A stretch of DNA of 53,072 bases, counting the filler, from Squatina squatina (taxonomy: Eukaryota): assembly GCA_031763465.1 (NCBI GenBank). It is 3 parts of 3 records of this genome, joined end to end, with 100 filler letters (N's around TTAATTAATTAA, not from the genome) between each part and the next. Parts side by side here need not be neighbours in the genome. Positions count along the whole stretch, not along the records: positions 34,064 to 53,072 come from JARFOE010000001.1; 2 more parts are not named here. One strand, 5' to 3'. The translations under genes and the position numbers were made by a program. The notes below the pieces were generated by a model. It saw only the letters and a list, made by a program, of their open reading frames with translations, was not told the origin of the DNA and ran no database searches. Positions 48,851 through 53,072 of the stretch are shown piece by piece (the stretch's first letter is position 1; each line of letters begins with the position of its first letter).

Positions 48851-51099
48851 TGCTATCTGCTTTGCTCTGAAATCTGGTTTCTTGCCTTGCTTGTGCATCC
48901 CGGTGAGTCAAAGGTTGCTGAGCGATAAGAAAAGGAGAAAAAAAAACTTTCAACACAACACATATATATTTCAGCACCATTTTAGGAGCTGTGTTTAAAC
49001 TGTTTATTCCGTGGGAAATCAAATGATTCCATTCTTGGCACGAATGTTATCTGGTTTATATCACGGTTTTATGCCCCTTAAGGTAGCTAAGCAATTAGCT
49101 TCAAAATGTAAACTCCAGTGTCATCTTGTCATACCTTCTGACTTTTCAAATGTGTTTGATAATTTAAAATATTTCAGTGCCAATGGCTTGGCTGGCTTTG
49201 CCCAGTTCCTAAGAAGGTTGCAACTAGTACACAACATATTGTTTTGTTAAGTCACCCAATAAAATACATCCAAGAAAGTGGCCAAGAACTTTTGCTGTTA
49301 TGATAAAGATTTGACTACGAGTTTTTAATATTTCTAACTTCCTCTAAATGATGCGATAATAAAACTGGACGATCTCCACAATTACTTTCTTCAAATCATT
49401 GTGAAGAGAATTCCGTAAAACTGCATTGCAAAATCTATGTAGCAGACCTTAACTTCAAAAGCCTGATTCTTAATGTAGTCTGTTATCTGTATAATCACTT
49501 CCAACTGAAGACTCCATCTGCCGCCGCCAGTGTTGCTAAATGCTTCTTATCCAGACAGACAGTGTTAGCCACTGCCTGCCACTTTACTCTACAGGCCAGC
49601 TGTATGGTAATGAGCAGAAACAGCTGAAAAACACTGCACAGCAATAAGCCCAGTATGAAGCACCCTAAATAATACTCACATTCAACAAACCCTTAGTGTT
49701 ATGAACTTAAGAGCTATTCAGGAAAATGATAATATGCTTGCTGCATACAAATGTTTGAAAAAAATTGAAAAATGTAAACATTACAGAGTGCAAGAGAAGC
49801 AATCAAAGTCAGTTGATATTTAAAGCACTCAATATTTTAGGAATACAAAATTTATAATTGTTTTGTTTAAATCATTCAGCTTTAGATCTTAATTTATAAT
49901 TAACCTCAAACTTCACATTTTGGGCTAGTGTGTACTACATNNNNNNNNNNNNNNNNNNNNNNNNNNNNNNNNNNNNNNNNNNNNNNNNNNNNNNNNNNNN
50001 NNNNNNNNNNNNNNNNNNNNNNNNNNNNNNNNNNNNNNNNAATCATGACAAAGCGCACTGACAGCTGAACATGATGTTTAAATATATGCTCTTTGCGCAA
50101 CCGCAGGGAGGTCAGGGGGCCAGTAAGTCGGTGGCAATCTGAAAGGTTAGCTGGAATAGGCAGGTAGTACAGGAAAGCTCTGGGAATGTGACATTCAGCA
50201 AACGACTTTCAATAATGTTGACCATTCCGTAATCAGTGAAGTCTTGAGAAAATGCACTGGACCATGGGCTAAGTGACTGCATGCTGGGGTGCAGTCAAGT
50301 ATAATATGGAGTTGGTTCGATAGTCAAGTGGCTAGAGAATCATTTCCGCAATCACAAACATGAAACTCGCGTGGTGGGTTGTATTTCAGTGACAGAGTAA
50401 ACTATATGACAATGGGTGCAGAAATTTCAGGGGTGGAGCGAGGAGGGTGGAGGGAGAGGAGTGGCAGGGATCTATACTATGAGCAGCCAAAGTCGTGGTC
50501 CATTTTGTAGCCAGTGGCAGATGAAGGGAAATATTTGAAATACTACCCTAATTATCTGTTAGAGTGGAGAGCGCAACCCGAATGCAAAACAATGCAAGAG
50601 TCAGTGGCAGTGGTGATTTTAATGAAAGTGAAGTTGAGTGAGAGTCAAAGGGCGAGCTGAAAGTGAAAAACTGAGAGAGATTCAAAAGTCATATCATTGG
50701 CTGCGGAGTGAGTGGATTGGTAATTAAGAGGCATGTGTTAGATTGTTGTGTTAGCTTGCTCGTTTTTTTATGTTGTAATTTATTTGACGGTAAAGTGTTT
50801 TAAATGTAGGGTTATAATTTCCAGTTCCTTTAGTTAATTTTACTAATCCAGCTTCTTAGTCACTCAGCGGTCATTATCTTAAAATTTTACGTTTCAGTGC
50901 CTCAGTATCGTAGGCATCAGTGTTTATTTTGATGTTGAGAAATCATTCTTTACATATTTTTTGTGGCAGTGTCTCGCTGATCTTGCGGTCAGTAGATTGA
51001 GTAGCACACCAGACCAGCTGAAACCCATTGTATTCGCAACACTGTTCGTTCTGGGAACTCCAGGAGATTTCAAGCAACCAGGATAACTAAGTTTGAACG

Positions 51100-51262
51100 A
51101 AGTGCCGCCAGTTGCTCTAGCTCCAGCTCCGAGTTTCTGAGTTTGAGGAACTGCTGTAGTCACTGCAGTGCATCTTGGAGTCGAAGAGTTTCCTTGCCCA
51201 TACTTTCCAGGGTTTGGTCACCCAAAACGTACAGAAGGTGCAGTTCACACCTCCACAAATAA
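51100..51262 (-). mobile_element. Degenerate CR1 ORF1 zinc-finger/leucine-zipper remnant
   Basis: Minus-strand frames give VNCTFCTFW and LQQFLKLRNSELELEQLAALR, resembling the CR1 ORF1 N-terminus. Contains stops and frameshifts. Confidence 0.4.
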
Positions 51263-51869
51263 GTTAACAACTTCAGCTCTGCTCAGCAACAGTTTTAATG
51301 CAAGAATGGTACGTTATAGATGATGGAATTTCAATGAGACATGAGAATCAAATCAAATTTTTTTTTACTTCAGCCATAGTTAACGCTCCTCTGTACTGCA
51401 ATTAACTAAGTATCCCTTGATCGTCCTCACAATTGTCATGCTTACTCTTCCTTGCCCCTCTTAACAACAAATGAAGCAATGTTCTATCTATGTGCTGGCC
51501 TGTGATTGGTGAGCTGATGCCTGGGCTCTGTATATCTTGTGACCATTATTAGACTGTTAACTATTCCTTGCATCTGAAGCATTCATCTAAGCCACAGGAA
51601 ATGTCGGTTTCATTCCAACAACCTGTGTGAAAGGACATCCAGCAGACCACACACAGGGCGAAGCAGAAGGTTCATCAGTAGATTAAATAAACAGTATCAA
51701 AGTTTGCTGTTGCAATGGTATAATCTGTTATGAAGCATTTATAAATAGAACAAATACAATTACATAAATATTTCTCCCCTCTTCATCAGGTCAATTTAAT
51801 CCACTGTTTCCGAGGTTATGATGTAAATAGGATTTTTATGGATCACCACTCAATCTTCTGTGGTGTAGT

Positions 51870-52020
51870 TGGGGGGAGGAGGAAGGAGGCAGGGTGTGGA
51901 GGAGTGGAATGGTGGATGGGAGGGAGGAAAAGCGGGACAGAGGGAGCAAGTGGTGGAGGAGAGGGAGGGAAAGCGGGACGGAGGGAGGGAAAGCGGGAGG
52001 CGGATGGGCTGGGGAGCAAA
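51870..52020. repeat. G/A-rich low-complexity tract
   Basis: Repeated ggagggagggaaagcggga units with many G runs. Confidence 0.8.
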
Positions 52021-53072
52021 GCCGGAAAACTACCCGAGCAGGAACAGATGCTCCAGATGCTCATCACCCTAAGGACCAAAATTCCTCCCATTGAGGGTGA
52101 GCACTGTAGCAACCTTCGGTCTCACTCTCACCCACTGCCAGAACATTTTAAATCGGTGAGGGTTGCTGAGGGAGAGTTTGCGGAATTGAGCTACATTTTA
52201 ATTCTTTTTGGTTTGGGTGGGGTTGAAGGAGAAAAGAGGTGTATAAAAAGCAAGTAGTTCATACAAATTCCTTGATTTGATCTCCGTGGAAGCAAGGGGG
52301 GAAAAACAAAGAGCTTATCTGCCAGTAAATCACATGGAAATCTGAGCATTTTTGGATGTCCTTCTATCCCATACCTTACTGATGCATCAAATGACAAAAG
52401 CTGAAATCAACACTATATTTAATGGAGCCTTACACACTGAGCCACATGATTTTGTTTTTGAAAGCATTGCTTTAAACCTGGTCAATGGCTACTATTGGGT
52501 TGCGATGTGTATGTGTTGAGTTATACCCAGTCCAATCATGGTTTTCTTCAACATCAGAAATGAACCCAAGAGAAGCGACAAAGCAAAAGCATGCAGAAAT
52601 TTCAACAAATATAGTTGCTGTTGAGGGTGTTCATATGGTACCAGCAAAAAAAAAGCCCAAAGCAAACCAATTTATTTTTAAACCGTTGCGCAGTGTGAAT
52701 TGGATGAGATACAATATATAAAGTATTTCAGAGTCATCTGAGGGAATTAAAGTTACACCCTTGATGTCACCCGCCAGCAGTGGTTTTGTATCTAATAGTA
52801 TTGTGAATTATTGAAGAAGGCTCTTTCAGAAATGATATCCATATAAGTACTCCACCTGCCAATCCCTTCACCATCCAGAAACAGCCCAAATGGGCCTATT
52901 TATGTCACCCTCAATAGCCTTCCCTGGTAACCTGGTTCCCACAACTCTGTCACTAGGGTGACCTCCCCACTCACTCTTAACCCAGTTTTCAGCCTGCCTG
53001 CAGCACTCCCACCCTCGCAAACAGGCTTTTGTGCCTGTTCCAAATTAGTTGATTTTCTTTATCTTAAACTGT

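Noticed and set aside
51838-52257. 139-aa Gly/Glu-rich ORF
   Set aside because: Arises from a G/A-rich low-complexity tract.

Overview
Vertebrate genomic DNA, very likely from a shark (chondrichthyan), judged from the repeat families. It comes from a fragmented, gap-filled draft assembly. Two artificial 100-bp linkers (44N-TTAATTAATTAA-44N) split the window into three unrelated scaffolds. (1) 1-17789: the terminal exon of GPR158 followed by the first three coding exons of MYO3A, both on the minus strand, in the same order as in mammals. (2) 17890-33963: three exons of a DAB2IP-type RasGAP and, across a 100-N gap, the first coding exon of EPB41L4A, all on the plus strand. (3) 34064-53072: FBXW7 on the minus strand, with six common exons (two cut by gaps), a beta-type first exon, a possible gamma-like exon and the 3' UTR. 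The rest is intronic or intergenic DNA with CR1, L2 and RTE LINE fragments, DeuSINE-type tails and Harbinger-like DNA transposon ends. I see no evidence of a wholly new biological system. The best leads are an out-of-frame FBXW7-beta N-terminus, an expanded CPW[DE] motif array in GPR158, the DAB2IP/EPB41L4A juxtaposition, a somewhat divergent FBXW7 and two intronic hairpins. Homology calls are from recall of the human proteins, not from database searches.
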